From contig CAZPGB010000028.1 of the NCBI GenBank assembly GCA_964585945.1, positions 8,736-72,735 of the forward strand: a stretch of DNA of 64,000 nt, written 5' to 3'. The notes below the pieces were generated by a model, which had not been told where the DNA came from, did no database searches, and saw only the letters and a list, made by a program, of their open reading frames with translations. Each line of letters starts with the position of its first letter. The stretch's first letter is position 1. Of this stretch, positions 9,442-18,894 are shown piece by piece. Source of the stretch: an uncultured bacterium. GTDB lineage: Bacteria; Eisenbacteria; RBG-16-71-46; CAIMUX01; WJJG01. A program made the position numbers and the translations under genes.

Positions 9442-10776
9442 TCAGAAGCGCTCCCAGAGTCCCTCGGCGGCGGCGCGGCAACGGCGCCGCACGTCGGTCT
9501 CGTCGACCGCAACCGGTGCGCCGCGCGAGAAGACGTGGCGTCCCCCGATCCACACCTCCTCGGCCCGCGCCTGCGCCAGGCCGAAGAGCACATGCCCCCA
9601 GAAGTTCTCGCCCGTGATGGGCGTCGGCGGGCGGTAGTCCCAGACGACCAGGTCCGCCGCGGCGCCCGGGGCCAGGCGGCCCATCGCGAGCCCGAATGTC
9701 TCGGAGGCCAGGCGCGCGTTGGCATCCAGGAGCAGGCCGGGCACGGTGGAGTATCCGGCGCGCGGATCGCCGGCCGTGTGGCTCTGAAGCAGATGGGCCA
9801 CCAGCGCCTCGGTGAGGACCGCGGCCGTGAACCCGTCGGTGCCCAGGGCCAGCTTCACCCCGGCCCGCTGCAACGCGGGCAGCGAGGCCGCGCCCACGGC
9901 GTTGTTCATGTTCGATTGCGCGCAGTGCGCCAGCCACGCGCCGCTCTCGGCCAACAGGCGCGTGTCGTGCTCGTCCAGGTGAACGCCATGAACGCAGATC
10001 GTGCGCGGCGTGAGCACGCCCGCCCGCGCCAACCGCTCGACCACGCTGCACCCGTAGCGCTCGCGGGCGTCGCGCTGGTCGATCGCGTCTTCGGCCACGT
10101 GCAGGTGAAACCCCGCCGAGCGGGCGTCGGGCTCGCCGGCGCAGCGCGCGAGCGTCTCGTCCGACAGCGTGAGGGAGGCGTGCAAGCCGAAGCGCGCCCG
10201 CAACCGCGCCTTCTCCGAATCGCAGGAGCGGATGAACGCCAGGTTCTCGTCGATGCCCGCCTGCGCCGCTTCGGACCCGTCGCGGTCGGAGACCTCGAAG
10301 CAGAGGCATGCGCGCAGGCCGAGCGTCTCCCAGGCGTCGGCGAGGGTCCGGAGCGAGCCCGTGACGGCGCTCTGCGAGGCGTGATGATCGAAGACGGTCG
10401 TCACCCCGTGGCGCAGACACTCGATCCCGTGAAGAAGCGCGCTCAGCTCGACGTCCGAGAGCGTCAGCGTCCGGTCGAGACGCCACCAGAGCCGCTCGAG
10501 CGTCTGGCGGAAGTCGGCGGGCGCGGGGTCCTTCAGCGCGATGCCGCGCGCCAGGGCCGAGTAGGCGTGGGTGTGCGCGTTGATCCAGCCGGGTGTGACC
10601 AGCCGTTCCGAGGCGTCGAAGCGCACGCCTGCATCCGGGGAGGGACCAGCGTGCGGGGACGGATCCACGCCCGCGATCGTCGCACCGTCGACCGTGATCC
10701 GGGCCGGCGCCAGCAGGTCGGATCCGCTGAAGACGACTCCGCCGTCGATGACGATCTGCTCGTGCGCTGCGCCCAT
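9442..10776 (-). CDS. ssnA: SsnA-family aminohydrolase
   Basis: PGWINAHTHAYSALARG, LWWRLD, GVTTVFDHHAS, FEVSDRDG, FGLHASLTLSD, HVAED, SNMNNAVG, LGTDG; ATG 10776 has AAGGAG upstream (alternative start 10794). Confidence 0.88.
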   Translation of the reverse strand: MGAAHEQIVIDGGVVFSGSDLLAPARITVDGATIAGVDPSPHAGPSPDAGVRFDASERLVTPGWINAHTHAYSALARGIALKDPAPADFRQTLERLWWRLDRTLTLSDVELSALLHGIECLRHGVTTVFDHHASQSAVTGSLRTLADAWETLGLRACLCFEVSDRDGSEAAQAGIDENLAFIRSCDSEKARLRARFGLHASLTLSDETLARCAGEPDARSAGFHLHVAEDAIDQRDARERYGCSVVERLARAGVLTPRTICVHGVHLDEHDTRLLAESGAWLAHCAQSNMNNAVGAASLPALQRAGVKLALGTDGFTAAVLTEALVAHLLQSHTAGDPRAGYSTVPGLLLDANARLASETFGLAMGRLAPGAAADLVVWDYRPPTPITGENFWGHVLFGLAQARAEEVWIGGRHVFSRGAPVAVDETDVRRRCRAAAEGLWERF

Positions 10777-10851
10777 CGGATCGTGCTCCTTCATGGGACC
10801 GTCAGCCCGCCGACCGGGAGCGCGGCCCGGTCGGCTCGGATGCGTGCCTCC

Positions 10852-12162
10852 TCAGCGCGGTCGCTCGTGCCACGAGCCCACGCTCACGCGTCCGTCCTCT
10901 GTGCGGGTTTCCAGCACCAGACACCCCTTCACTGGCGCGACCGTCACGCACAGCCCGCACCCCACGCACCGTTCCTCGTCGACCTCGGGATGCCGGTCGT
11001 CGCGCCACCGGATGGCGTCGTGCGCGCCGTCGCGGCAGGCGAGGTAGCAGAGCCCGCAGGCGATGCACGCCTCGGGCACCACGCGGCTGCGGACCGTGTA
11101 GCGCGGCAGCTCCTCGTGGCCGCCCAGCCTGGGCAGCGCCTTGCCGATCAGCGCGCCGGGCCCGTCCAGCTTCTTGCGGCGCAGGTAGTGGGCCAGCCCG
11201 CTCTTCAGGTCGTCGATGATGCGGAAGCCATGGTGCATGGGCGCCGTGCAGTACTGGACCAGGTGCGCGCCCACCAGCATCATCTCGGCCGCGTCGCGCC
11301 AGGTCGCGGCCCCGCCGGTTCCCAGAATCGGCAGCCGGACCTGGCGCGCGATCTCGGCGATTGTCCGCAGCGTGATCGGCTTGATCGCCGGGCCGGTGAG
11401 ACCCGAGTAGGTGGAGCGCCTGCCCAGAGAGGGGTAGGGGACGAAGCTCTCCAGGTCGACACCCATCAGCGCCGGCACGGAGTTGGACGCGGTGATCGCG
11501 TGCACGCCCGCCCGCGCCAGCGCGCGCGCCACGGCCACGATGTCGGTGACCTGGGGCGTGATCTTGATCGCCACCGGCACGTGGTCGGCGGCTTCCCGCA
11601 CCCAGGTGGCCACGCGCTCGGTCGCCTCGACCGACTGGGCCAGCATCTTGCCCGGGTCCTCGCCCATGCTGCCCTGCGGGCACGAGAAGGAGCACTCGAT
11701 CATGTCGACGCCCGCATCCTCGAGCCGGCGCACCAGCGACTGCCAGTCCTCGCGGCGCGTGCCCATGATCGAGGCCAGGATGACCTTTTCCGGGAAGCGC
11801 TTCTTCAGCCGGCGGACGCGCTTCTCGACGACATCGATTGTGTGGGCGCTGATCAGGTCGATGTTGCCCATGGCCAGCAGCCGGCGATCGGCGTGGTCGA
11901 GCGAGGTCATCATCGGATAGGCCAGGTCGACCGCGGTCCCTTCGACCGACGTGGTCTTGAGCACCGCGCCGGCCCATCCCATCTCGAGGCCGCGCGCGAC
12001 GATCTCCTCGTTGTCGGTGCAGGGGGAGGCGGCCAGAATGAACGGGTTCTCGAAGCGCAGGCCGCAGACCTCGGTCACGAGGCCGTCGCTGGGGTAGGGC
12101 GCCTCGTGGCTCAGACGGTCTTCCGGATCCCTGCGGGACGTCTGGACATCCTTGCGACTCAT
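10852..12162 (-). CDS. preA: NAD-dependent dihydropyrimidine dehydrogenase subunit PreA-like (FMN domain plus C-terminal Fe-S)
   Basis: True start MSRKDV at 12162 (ATGA overlap with preT); NPFILAASP, GWAGAVLKT, NIDLIS, SCPQG, KITPQVTDI, GLTGPAIKPI, CIACGLC..C, CVGCGLC. Confidence 0.85.
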   Translation of the reverse strand: MSRKDVQTSRRDPEDRLSHEAPYPSDGLVTEVCGLRFENPFILAASPCTDNEEIVARGLEMGWAGAVLKTTSVEGTAVDLAYPMMTSLDHADRRLLAMGNIDLISAHTIDVVEKRVRRLKKRFPEKVILASIMGTRREDWQSLVRRLEDAGVDMIECSFSCPQGSMGEDPGKMLAQSVEATERVATWVREAADHVPVAIKITPQVTDIVAVARALARAGVHAITASNSVPALMGVDLESFVPYPSLGRRSTYSGLTGPAIKPITLRTIAEIARQVRLPILGTGGAATWRDAAEMMLVGAHLVQYCTAPMHHGFRIIDDLKSGLAHYLRRKKLDGPGALIGKALPRLGGHEELPRYTVRSRVVPEACIACGLCYLACRDGAHDAIRWRDDRHPEVDEERCVGCGLCVTVAPVKGCLVLETRTEDGRVSVGSWHERPR

Positions 12163-13613
12163 CGTCCACCCCCCCGCCGGCCGGCCTCGGCCGCGCCGCG
12201 CCGCTGCAGCATGGTCGCGATGGCCGCGGCGGCCAGACGGCCGTCGCGCACGGCGGTGACGATCGTCTGGTCGAGTCCCACCGCATCGCCCCCCGCGTAG
12301 ATGGTCCCCGTCACGCGGCGCGTGCGCGGGTGGGCGCGCAGGAAGCCGTCGGGCGTCCAGGGGAGCGCGGTGGGCAGCCCCGGCTCGAGGGCGAGCCCGG
12401 TGGCCAGGATCGCCTGGTCGCAGGGCATCTCGAACGCGCCGCCCCGCACCACGACCGGACGGGGGCGGCCGCTGCCATCGGGCTCGCCGGTCCGCAGACG
12501 ATGGAGGCGCACGCCGGTCAGACGGCCGCGCTCGCCGAGCAGCGCCTCGGGCGCCTGCAGCGGGTGGAGCACGACGCCGAAGGACTCTGCCTCCTGGATC
12601 TCGCGTTCCCAGGCCGGCATCTCGCGCCGCGTGCGGCGGTAAATCAGGTGCACGCGCGGCGGACGCCGGCGCGGCCCGTCGCGCTCGGCCCGAATCTGGC
12701 CGCAGCGCACCACGGCCAGCGCGGCGTCGATGGCGACATTGCCCCCGCCGATGACCACCACCTCGCGTCCAACCCCCACCCGGTAACGCCGCCGGCGGCA
12801 GTGCGCCAGAAAGGCGCTCGCGGCGGATACCCCGCGCAGATCCACGCCCGGCAGATCGGGCACCGCGTCGACCAGGCCCACCCCCACGAACACCGCATCG
12901 AACCGGCGCGCGAGCCGGTGCAGATCGGCCACCGGGCGCTCCAGTCGGATGTCGATGCGCGGGCCGTCGGAGGCGCGTTCGCGCTTCGGCGCGCGGAGTG
13001 TCCAGCCCAGCGCCCAGGCCGCGTCGCGCATCACGACGTCGTCGGGGAAGCGGTAGAGCGGAATGGTGCGCGCGAGGACGCCTCCCAGCCGGTCGCGCTG
13101 CTCGAACAGCGTGACCCGCAGACCGCGCCGCCACAGCTCGTGGGCGCAGGCCATGCCTGCAGGCCCCGCGCCCACCACCGCCACGCGGCCTGCCAGGGAG
13201 CCGCTGCGCCGGGGCGGGCGCGCCCTGCGGGTCTCGCCCTGCCGCGTGGCGTACCGGTGCAGCCGCCGGATCTCGATCGGCCGGTCGATCGCCGCGCGCA
13301 GGCAGTGCGCCGCGCAGAGCTGCTCGTCGGGGCAGGCCTGACCGCAGCTCGCCGCCAGCGGGTTGGACGCGCGCACCACCTCGGCCGCGCCGGCGAGGTT
13401 GCCGGTGCGGATCATGCGGATGAAGCGCGGGATCACGATGTGCGCCGGGCAGGCCTCGGTGCACGGGGCCTGGTGGCACTGCAGGCAGCGCCAGGCCTCG
13501 GCGAGCGCCTGCGCGTCGTCGAACAGCGGCTCGGCCTCCATCGTGGCGGGCGCCGGTCGATAGGGGGGCAGCACACGGCCCGCCCGGCGCGGCCCGGCCT
13601 TCCTGGGGGTCAT
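12159..13613 (-). CDS. preT: PreT/GltD-like FAD- and Fe-S-containing NAD(P)H oxidoreductase
   Basis: EAWRCLQCHQAPCTEACP, CGQACPDEQLCAAHC, VVGAGPAGM, VIGGGNVAIDAA, YRRTRREMPA, YAGGDA; start MTPRK at 13613 overlaps the xdhC-like stop. Confidence 0.82.
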   Translation of the reverse strand: MTPRKAGPRRAGRVLPPYRPAPATMEAEPLFDDAQALAEAWRCLQCHQAPCTEACPAHIVIPRFIRMIRTGNLAGAAEVVRASNPLAASCGQACPDEQLCAAHCLRAAIDRPIEIRRLHRYATRQGETRRARPPRRSGSLAGRVAVVGAGPAGMACAHELWRRGLRVTLFEQRDRLGGVLARTIPLYRFPDDVVMRDAAWALGWTLRAPKRERASDGPRIDIRLERPVADLHRLARRFDAVFVGVGLVDAVPDLPGVDLRGVSAASAFLAHCRRRRYRVGVGREVVVIGGGNVAIDAALAVVRCGQIRAERDGPRRRPPRVHLIYRRTRREMPAWEREIQEAESFGVVLHPLQAPEALLGERGRLTGVRLHRLRTGEPDGSGRPRPVVVRGGAFEMPCDQAILATGLALEPGLPTALPWTPDGFLRAHPRTRRVTGTIYAGGDAVGLDQTIVTAVRDGRLAAAAIATMLQRRGAAEAGRRGGGR

Positions 13614-14176
13614 GGCGTCTCTCCTGGGTCGGGTGTCTGCGGTTTCTCGGGCGCGCCTGCGCCCGCGCCGGCCTCGCCGCGCGCGAGCCCGGGCGTGTCG
13701 TACCGTCCGGCGGCGACGGCCTCGACCGCGTCGATGATGGGCAGGTACCCCGTGCAGCGGCAGAGATTGCCGCTCAGCGCGCGGCGGATCTCGGCCCGCG
13801 TGGGGTGCGGCTGGCGGTCGAGCAGCGCCTTGGCCGACAGAATCATCCCCGGCGTGCAGAAGCCGCACGCCACCGCGTCGTGATCGAGGAACGCGACCTG
13901 CAGCGGATGGAGCTCGGGGCCCAATCCCTCCACGGTCAGCACGCGTCGTCCTTCCACCTGACCGGCGAGCACGAGACAACTGGCCACGGCGCGGCCGTCC
14001 AGCAACACCGTGCAGGCGCCGCACTGACCGATCTCGCAGCCGCACTTGGTGCCCGTCAGGTGCAGGTGGTCCCGCACGAGCTGCAGCAGCGTCGTCTCGG
14101 GCGACACGCGGACCTGCCGGGGTGTGCCGTTGATCTCGAAGCGAATCTCGAGGGCATGCTCACCCGATGTGTCCAT
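13610..14176 (-). CDS. xanthine dehydrogenase family (2Fe-2S)-binding subunit
   Basis: GTKCGCEIGQCGACTV, ACGFCTPG, GNLCRCTGY. Confidence 0.93.
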   Translation of the reverse strand: MDTSGEHALEIRFEINGTPRQVRVSPETTLLQLVRDHLHLTGTKCGCEIGQCGACTVLLDGRAVASCLVLAGQVEGRRVLTVEGLGPELHPLQVAFLDHDAVACGFCTPGMILSAKALLDRQPHPTRAEIRRALSGNLCRCTGYLPIIDAVEAVAAGRYDTPGLARGEAGAGAGAPEKPQTPDPGETP

Positions 14177-14191
14177 GGTTCTTCTCCTCGC

Positions 14192-15085
14192 TCACGGAAG
14201 CCGCGCGGCGGCGCGCTCGAGCGTGCGCCGCAGCATGGCGGCCACGACCGGCTCCTTGTAGGGCGCCGACCAACGTCGGCCCACGATGCGCAGCATCTCC
14301 TGCGCCAGCGCGGTGCCGGCCGCGGCGAAGAGCGCCTCTCCGGGCTTCTGTCCGTCGAGCAGCGCTTCCACGACGGGGAACCGCCGCGGGGTCGGCGTGA
14401 CCGAGCCGGCCGCAACGCGCGCGCGGGTCAGCGTCCCATCCGCGCCGCGGTGCAGCACGACGGCCATCGACATGCGCGAGATCGATAGCGCCTGCCGACG
14501 TCCCAGCTTGAGAAAGGCGCTGCCGGGCCCGGGCGCGGCAAAGCGCACTTCGGTGACCAGCTCGTCCGGCGCCAGCGAGGTCTCGTAGGGAGCCTGCACG
14601 AGCTGGTCGATCGGCACGCTCCGCGAGCCTCGCCGGGAGACGCAGACGCACCGGGCCTCGAGCGCCAGCAGCGCGGGCAGCGTGTCGGCGCAGGGCGAGG
14701 CGGTGCAGATGTTGCCGCCCAGCGTGCCGCGCCGGCGGATCTGAGGCGACCCGACGGTTGCCGCCGCTTCGGACAACACGCGCGCCGCGCGCATCAGGAG
14801 CGCGCTGCGCTCCATCTCATCGTGCGTGGCGAGCGCGCCGACGCGGATCATCGCGCCCCCGGCCCCGCGGGGCGAGGTCTCCTCTTCGTCCGATGAGATC
14901 CCTCGCAGCGCTTCCACCGGCGTGATGTCCAGCACGGCCAGCACCGGGGCGTCGGACGCGGCTTCGCGCAGCGCCACGAGCAGATCGGTGCCGCCGGCCA
15001 CGAAGCGGCCGGCGTCCCGATGGTCCGCCTTGAAGGCCAGCGCCTCATCCACGGCGACCGCTCGTTGGAACGTGATGCTGCGCAC
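14192..15085 (-). CDS. xanthine dehydrogenase family FAD-binding subunit
   Basis: AGGTDL, VGSPQIRRRGTLGGNICTASPCAD, KLGRRQALSIS. Confidence 0.9.
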   Translation of the reverse strand: MRSITFQRAVAVDEALAFKADHRDAGRFVAGGTDLLVALREAASDAPVLAVLDITPVEALRGISSDEEETSPRGAGGAMIRVGALATHDEMERSALLMRAARVLSEAAATVGSPQIRRRGTLGGNICTASPCADTLPALLALEARCVCVSRRGSRSVPIDQLVQAPYETSLAPDELVTEVRFAAPGPGSAFLKLGRRQALSISRMSMAVVLHRGADGTLTRARVAAGSVTPTPRRFPVVEALLDGQKPGEALFAAAGTALAQEMLRIVGRRWSAPYKEPVVAAMLRRTLERAAARLP

Positions 15086-17433
15086 TAGGACACCTCGCTC
15101 GGGCCGGGGTCATCCGCGCGGAGGTGATGCCCCAGGAGCACCGCCTCCAGGTCGGCCGGCAGCTCCCGCACGCGCCGCGACGTCGCGTGCGCGATGGCGT
15201 TCACCACCGCCGGGGCCGTGATCTCCGTGGCCGGCTCGCCCACGCTCTTGGCGCCGAAGGGGCCGGCCGGATCGGGGTTCTCGACGATGATCGCATCCAC
15301 CTCGGGGGCGTCCATGGCCGTCGGCAGAAGATAGGTGTTGAGGTTGAGCGTCCGCGGTACGCCGCCCGTAAGGCGATGCTCTTCCCACAGGCCGTAGCCG
15401 CAGCCCATCGCAACGCCGCCGTAGATCTGGTTGCGGACCATGGCCGGGCTGATGGCGCGGCCCACGTCGTGCGCCGCCACGACGCGCATCACCTCGACCT
15501 GTCCGGTTTCCAGATCCACCTCCACCTCGGCCACGTTGGCGCTGTAGACGAAGGTGAAGTAGGCCTGACCGGTGCCGTGCCGCTCGTCCCAGTCGGTCTG
15601 GGGGGCGTGATGCCACCCGAAGCCGAGCAGCGGCCGGCCGGCGGCGTGCGCGCGCGCGGCCGCCTCCACAAAGGTGATCGCGTGGCCACGGCCGTCACCG
15701 ATGGCGCCGTCCTCGCAGCGCAGATCGTCGTAGGCCGCGCCCAGCGACTGCGCGGCCACGGCGAGCAGCTCGCCGCGGACCGCTTCGGCCGCCTTCTTGA
15801 CCGCCTGTCCGCCCATGATCGTCGAGCGGCTTGCCACCGTGGGTCCCGAGTCGGGGACGCGGCCGGTGTGCACGCAGAAGCAGCGGATGCGCTCCAGACC
15901 GACGCCCAGGACCTCGGCCGCGATCAGGGCCATGGCGCTGGAGAGTCCCTGGCCCATGTCGACCAGGCCCAGGCTGATCAGGATCGAGCCGTCGGTCTGG
16001 ACCGAGACGATCGCGCCCACCGCATCCACGCCCTCGGCGCCCAGACTGACCCCACGGAAGGAGCAGGCCACGCCGATGCCGCGGGCGCGGGTTGGGCTCG
16101 CCGCGGCGGGCAGCTCGCGTCGCGCGCGCTCCCAGTCGGCCGCCGCGGCCGCCCGGCGCAGCACATCGCCGATCGATACGCGATGCCCGTCGAGCTTCTG
16201 TCCCGTCGCCGTGCGGTCGCCCTGACCCAGCACGTTGCGCAGGCGCAGCTCGAGCGGATCGATCCCCAACTGCTCGGCCAGCTCGTCGACGAGCGACTCG
16301 ACGGCGAAGTTGACCTGCGGCGCGCCGAAGCCGCGCATGGCGCCGGTGTAGACGTTGTTCGTGTAGACGGCCATCACGTCGGCGTGCACGTGCGGGCAGG
16401 CGTAGGGCCCGGTGACCTGCACGGCCGAGCGCCAGGTGACGAAGGGGGAGGTGGCCGCGTACGCGCCCGCGTCGGCCAAGATGCGCGCCTCGATCGCCAG
16501 CAGCCGGCCGTCGCGGTCGACACCGGCCCTGTAGTGCAGAACGTAGGGATGCCGCTTGTAGGACTCGATCAGCGACTCCTCGCGCGTGTAGACCATCTTG
16601 ACCGGCCGGCCGGTCGCCAGGGCCAGCAGCGCCGCGCGGCAGGCGAGCTGGCTCATCACCTCGTCCTTGCCGCCGAAGGAGCCGCCCAGGGTGGCCTGCT
16701 TCACGGTGACGCGCGCCAGGTCGAGATTGAGCACCGCGGCCATCGCGCGGCGCGTCGAGAAGATGTTCTGGATCGAGCCGGTCACGCGCACGCCGCCCTC
16801 GGGCTCGGGCTCGGCCAGCACCGCCTCGGGCTCGAGGTAGGCGTGCTCGATGGGCTGGGTGCGGTAGGTGCGCTCGAGGACCAGGTGCGCGGCCGCGAAG
16901 CCGACGGCGGGGTCGCCCTTGCGGATGCGGTGGTGGGCGCACAGATTGGGAGCGTCGGGCGCATCCGCGTGCGCCGGCTCGCTCGGCGGCGCGGCCGGCT
17001 GGTGCACCACCGGCGCGTCCGGGCGCAGGGCCTCCTCGGGATCGAAGACGCCGGGCAGCTCCTCGAGCTCCACCGCGATCCGCGCCGCGGCATCCTGCGC
17101 CGCCGCACGGGTCTCGGCCGCGACGATCGCCACCCCGTCGCCGTACTGGCGCACCTTGTCGAACGCCAGCACGGGCTGGTTGGCCACGATCCCGCCGAAG
17201 CGCTTCGCACCGGGGATGTCGGCGGCCGTGAGCACCGCGGCCACGCCGGGCGCGCCCCGCGCCGCGCGGGTGTCGATCGCGATCAGCCGCGCGTGCGGGC
17301 AGGGAACGCGCAGCACGGCGCCCCACAGCATGGCGGGCGCCGACAGGTCGGCGGCGAACCGCGCCCGGCCCGTCACCTTGCCCAGGGCGTCGACGCGCCG
17401 GTGCGGTTTGCCGATGATGCGCATCTGGCTCAC
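15085..17433 (-). CDS. xanthine dehydrogenase family molybdopterin-binding subunit
   Basis: KVTGRARFAAD, HAYLEPE, LGGSFGGK, AMRGFGAPQ, DMGQG, TVASRST, GPFGAKSVGE; GTG 17433 with GGAG upstream (alternative ATG 17424). Confidence 0.92.
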   Translation of the reverse strand: MSQMRIIGKPHRRVDALGKVTGRARFAADLSAPAMLWGAVLRVPCPHARLIAIDTRAARGAPGVAAVLTAADIPGAKRFGGIVANQPVLAFDKVRQYGDGVAIVAAETRAAAQDAAARIAVELEELPGVFDPEEALRPDAPVVHQPAAPPSEPAHADAPDAPNLCAHHRIRKGDPAVGFAAAHLVLERTYRTQPIEHAYLEPEAVLAEPEPEGGVRVTGSIQNIFSTRRAMAAVLNLDLARVTVKQATLGGSFGGKDEVMSQLACRAALLALATGRPVKMVYTREESLIESYKRHPYVLHYRAGVDRDGRLLAIEARILADAGAYAATSPFVTWRSAVQVTGPYACPHVHADVMAVYTNNVYTGAMRGFGAPQVNFAVESLVDELAEQLGIDPLELRLRNVLGQGDRTATGQKLDGHRVSIGDVLRRAAAAADWERARRELPAAASPTRARGIGVACSFRGVSLGAEGVDAVGAIVSVQTDGSILISLGLVDMGQGLSSAMALIAAEVLGVGLERIRCFCVHTGRVPDSGPTVASRSTIMGGQAVKKAAEAVRGELLAVAAQSLGAAYDDLRCEDGAIGDGRGHAITFVEAAARAHAAGRPLLGFGWHHAPQTDWDERHGTGQAYFTFVYSANVAEVEVDLETGQVEVMRVVAAHDVGRAISPAMVRNQIYGGVAMGCGYGLWEEHRLTGGVPRTLNLNTYLLPTAMDAPEVDAIIVENPDPAGPFGAKSVGEPATEITAPAVVNAIAHATSRRVRELPADLEAVLLGHHLRADDPGPSEVS

Positions 17434-17534
17434 CCGATCCACTCCGATCGAAGATGGTGTTTGACCGCGTGACGATCGCATAGTGCCTGATGCTCCCGAA
17501 GGGCACAAGCCGGCTCGGATGGGGCGCCGGCGCG

Positions 17535-18587
17535 TCAGCCGCTGCGCAGGCGCTCCTCGTGGTCGATGGCGAAACGCAGTCCGGCCAGGAGCAGCAGGTT
17601 GAAGGCCAGCTCCGCCAGGCCCCACCACTCCACGCGGTAGAAGACGAAGACCATCGTGAGGAAGATCGTGACCTGCGTGGCCCGCTGGAACATCCGCAGT
17701 GCGCGCAGGCGATCGCGAAACACGTAGACGAACCCGAGGGCCACGAAGACCCCCGCCAGGAGGCTCGAGCCGAGCTGCAGCCAGTCCACCAGCGAGTAGG
17801 TCTCTGTCTCCACCGGCAACGAGCTCACCAGCGGCACCTCCAGAAGCCGGTTGCGCTCATCGGGCAGCAGGTGGGCGAGGGCGGTCAGACGCAGGAGCTT
17901 CAGCACCAACTGAATGAGAAAGAAGGCCACCAGCCCGCGGCCGAACCAGCGCGAGGCCGCCAGACGATGGTACCGAGCCACCAGTCGCGCGCCCAGGCGA
18001 GCGATCGGGTCCGGCTCGCGCGACGCCACCAGGTCGGCCTCCAGGAGGATGGCCCGCAACCGTCCGGCGAAGGGGAACTCCGCGGCGGCCCGATCCAGAT
18101 GGCGCAGCGCGCGGTCGCGTTCCCCTCGATCCAGGTCGCCGACCGCCATCTCGGTGACATCCTCCAGCGCGTTGGCCAGATGCTCCGCGCCGGTGGCGGC
18201 GCGCTCGCGGTGGATCGACCTCAGGCCCAGATAGAGCAGGCCGAAGACCGCGTAGATGATCGAGACCGCCGGCTCATAGAAGTAGTCGTTGTCGTGGGTG
18301 ATGAACTTGCCCACCTCGTCGATGAAGGTCCCGAACCCCGCGCCCCCGATCACCGCCGCCAGGGCGTGCAGGCCGCGGCCCAGGGAGGAGAGTAGAATCA
18401 CCAGCGCCAGCAGCATCAGCAGCCCGCCCCACAGGACATGGGCGATGTGGAGACCCGATCCCCCCAGGGTGGGGTAGCCCGTGACCACCAGGAAGAAGCG
18501 GATCAGCAGCACGGCGGTGACGGCCGACACCAGCATCAGATCGAGATGGCGGCCGGCCGCGAAATCGCGCAAGAAGCGCTTCTGCAT
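17535..18587 (-). CDS. conserved hypothetical multi-pass membrane protein
   Basis: Several hydrophobic helices; HIAHVLWGGLLM and GFGTFIDEVGKFITHDNDYFY motifs; ATG 18587 after a GGAG-rich RBS. Confidence 0.7.
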   Translation of the reverse strand: MQKRFLRDFAAGRHLDLMLVSAVTAVLLIRFFLVVTGYPTLGGSGLHIAHVLWGGLLMLLALVILLSSLGRGLHALAAVIGGAGFGTFIDEVGKFITHDNDYFYEPAVSIIYAVFGLLYLGLRSIHRERAATGAEHLANALEDVTEMAVGDLDRGERDRALRHLDRAAAEFPFAGRLRAILLEADLVASREPDPIARLGARLVARYHRLAASRWFGRGLVAFFLIQLVLKLLRLTALAHLLPDERNRLLEVPLVSSLPVETETYSLVDWLQLGSSLLAGVFVALGFVYVFRDRLRALRMFQRATQVTIFLTMVFVFYRVEWWGLAELAFNLLLLAGLRFAIDHEERLRSG

Positions 18588-18687
18588 CCCCTCTCCCTCC
18601 ATGGCGGTCGATTCGCCGCCAGCGCCGCTCAGCATGCCGCGGCTCGGGCCGTGACGCAAGGTGACCGGCGCGGACTCTCGCCGGTTG

Positions 18688-18759
18688 GCTCCCGCGGTGC
18701 CCTGATCGGAAGCTCCGCGCTGCGCTCCCGCGGTGCCCCGACCGGAAGCTCCGCGCTGC
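18688..18759. repeat. 36-bp tandem duplication (2 copies) in a divergent intergenic region
   Basis: GCTCCCGCGGTGCCC(T/C)GA(T/C)CGGAAGCTCCGCGCTGC at 18688-18723 and 18724-18759. Confidence 0.85.
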
Positions 18760-18894
18760 GCCGGAAGCAACCAAGGGGCGCAGGCACCGGAGGATGGGTG
18801 TATACTCAAACCGGCCCGTGCCCGACGCGCGGGACCTGCCGGCGCCGGGACGAACGGGGCCGGCGCCGAGGACCGATCACCGAGGGGAGTAGGC

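Noticed and set aside
10795-10854. The preA TGA stop is in frame with ssnA and followed by a 10-bp hairpin (10809-10835), suggesting Sec read-through or fusion
   Set aside because: PreA is complete before the TGA, ssnA has its own RBS, the hairpin loop begins CC rather than G, and the TGA is not at a catalytic position. The in-frame arrangement is a 1-in-3 coincidence.
10852-14045. Track ORFs of 875 aa and 628 aa suggesting long fusions
   Set aside because: Their N-terminal extensions are out-of-frame shadows of preT and the xdhC-like gene; the real starts are at 12162 and 13613 with ATGA overlaps.
17480-17512. UUCG-capped hairpin upstream of the xdh operon as a possible purine or Moco riboswitch
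   Set aside because: Only a single short stem; no conserved aptamer features could be recognised by eye.
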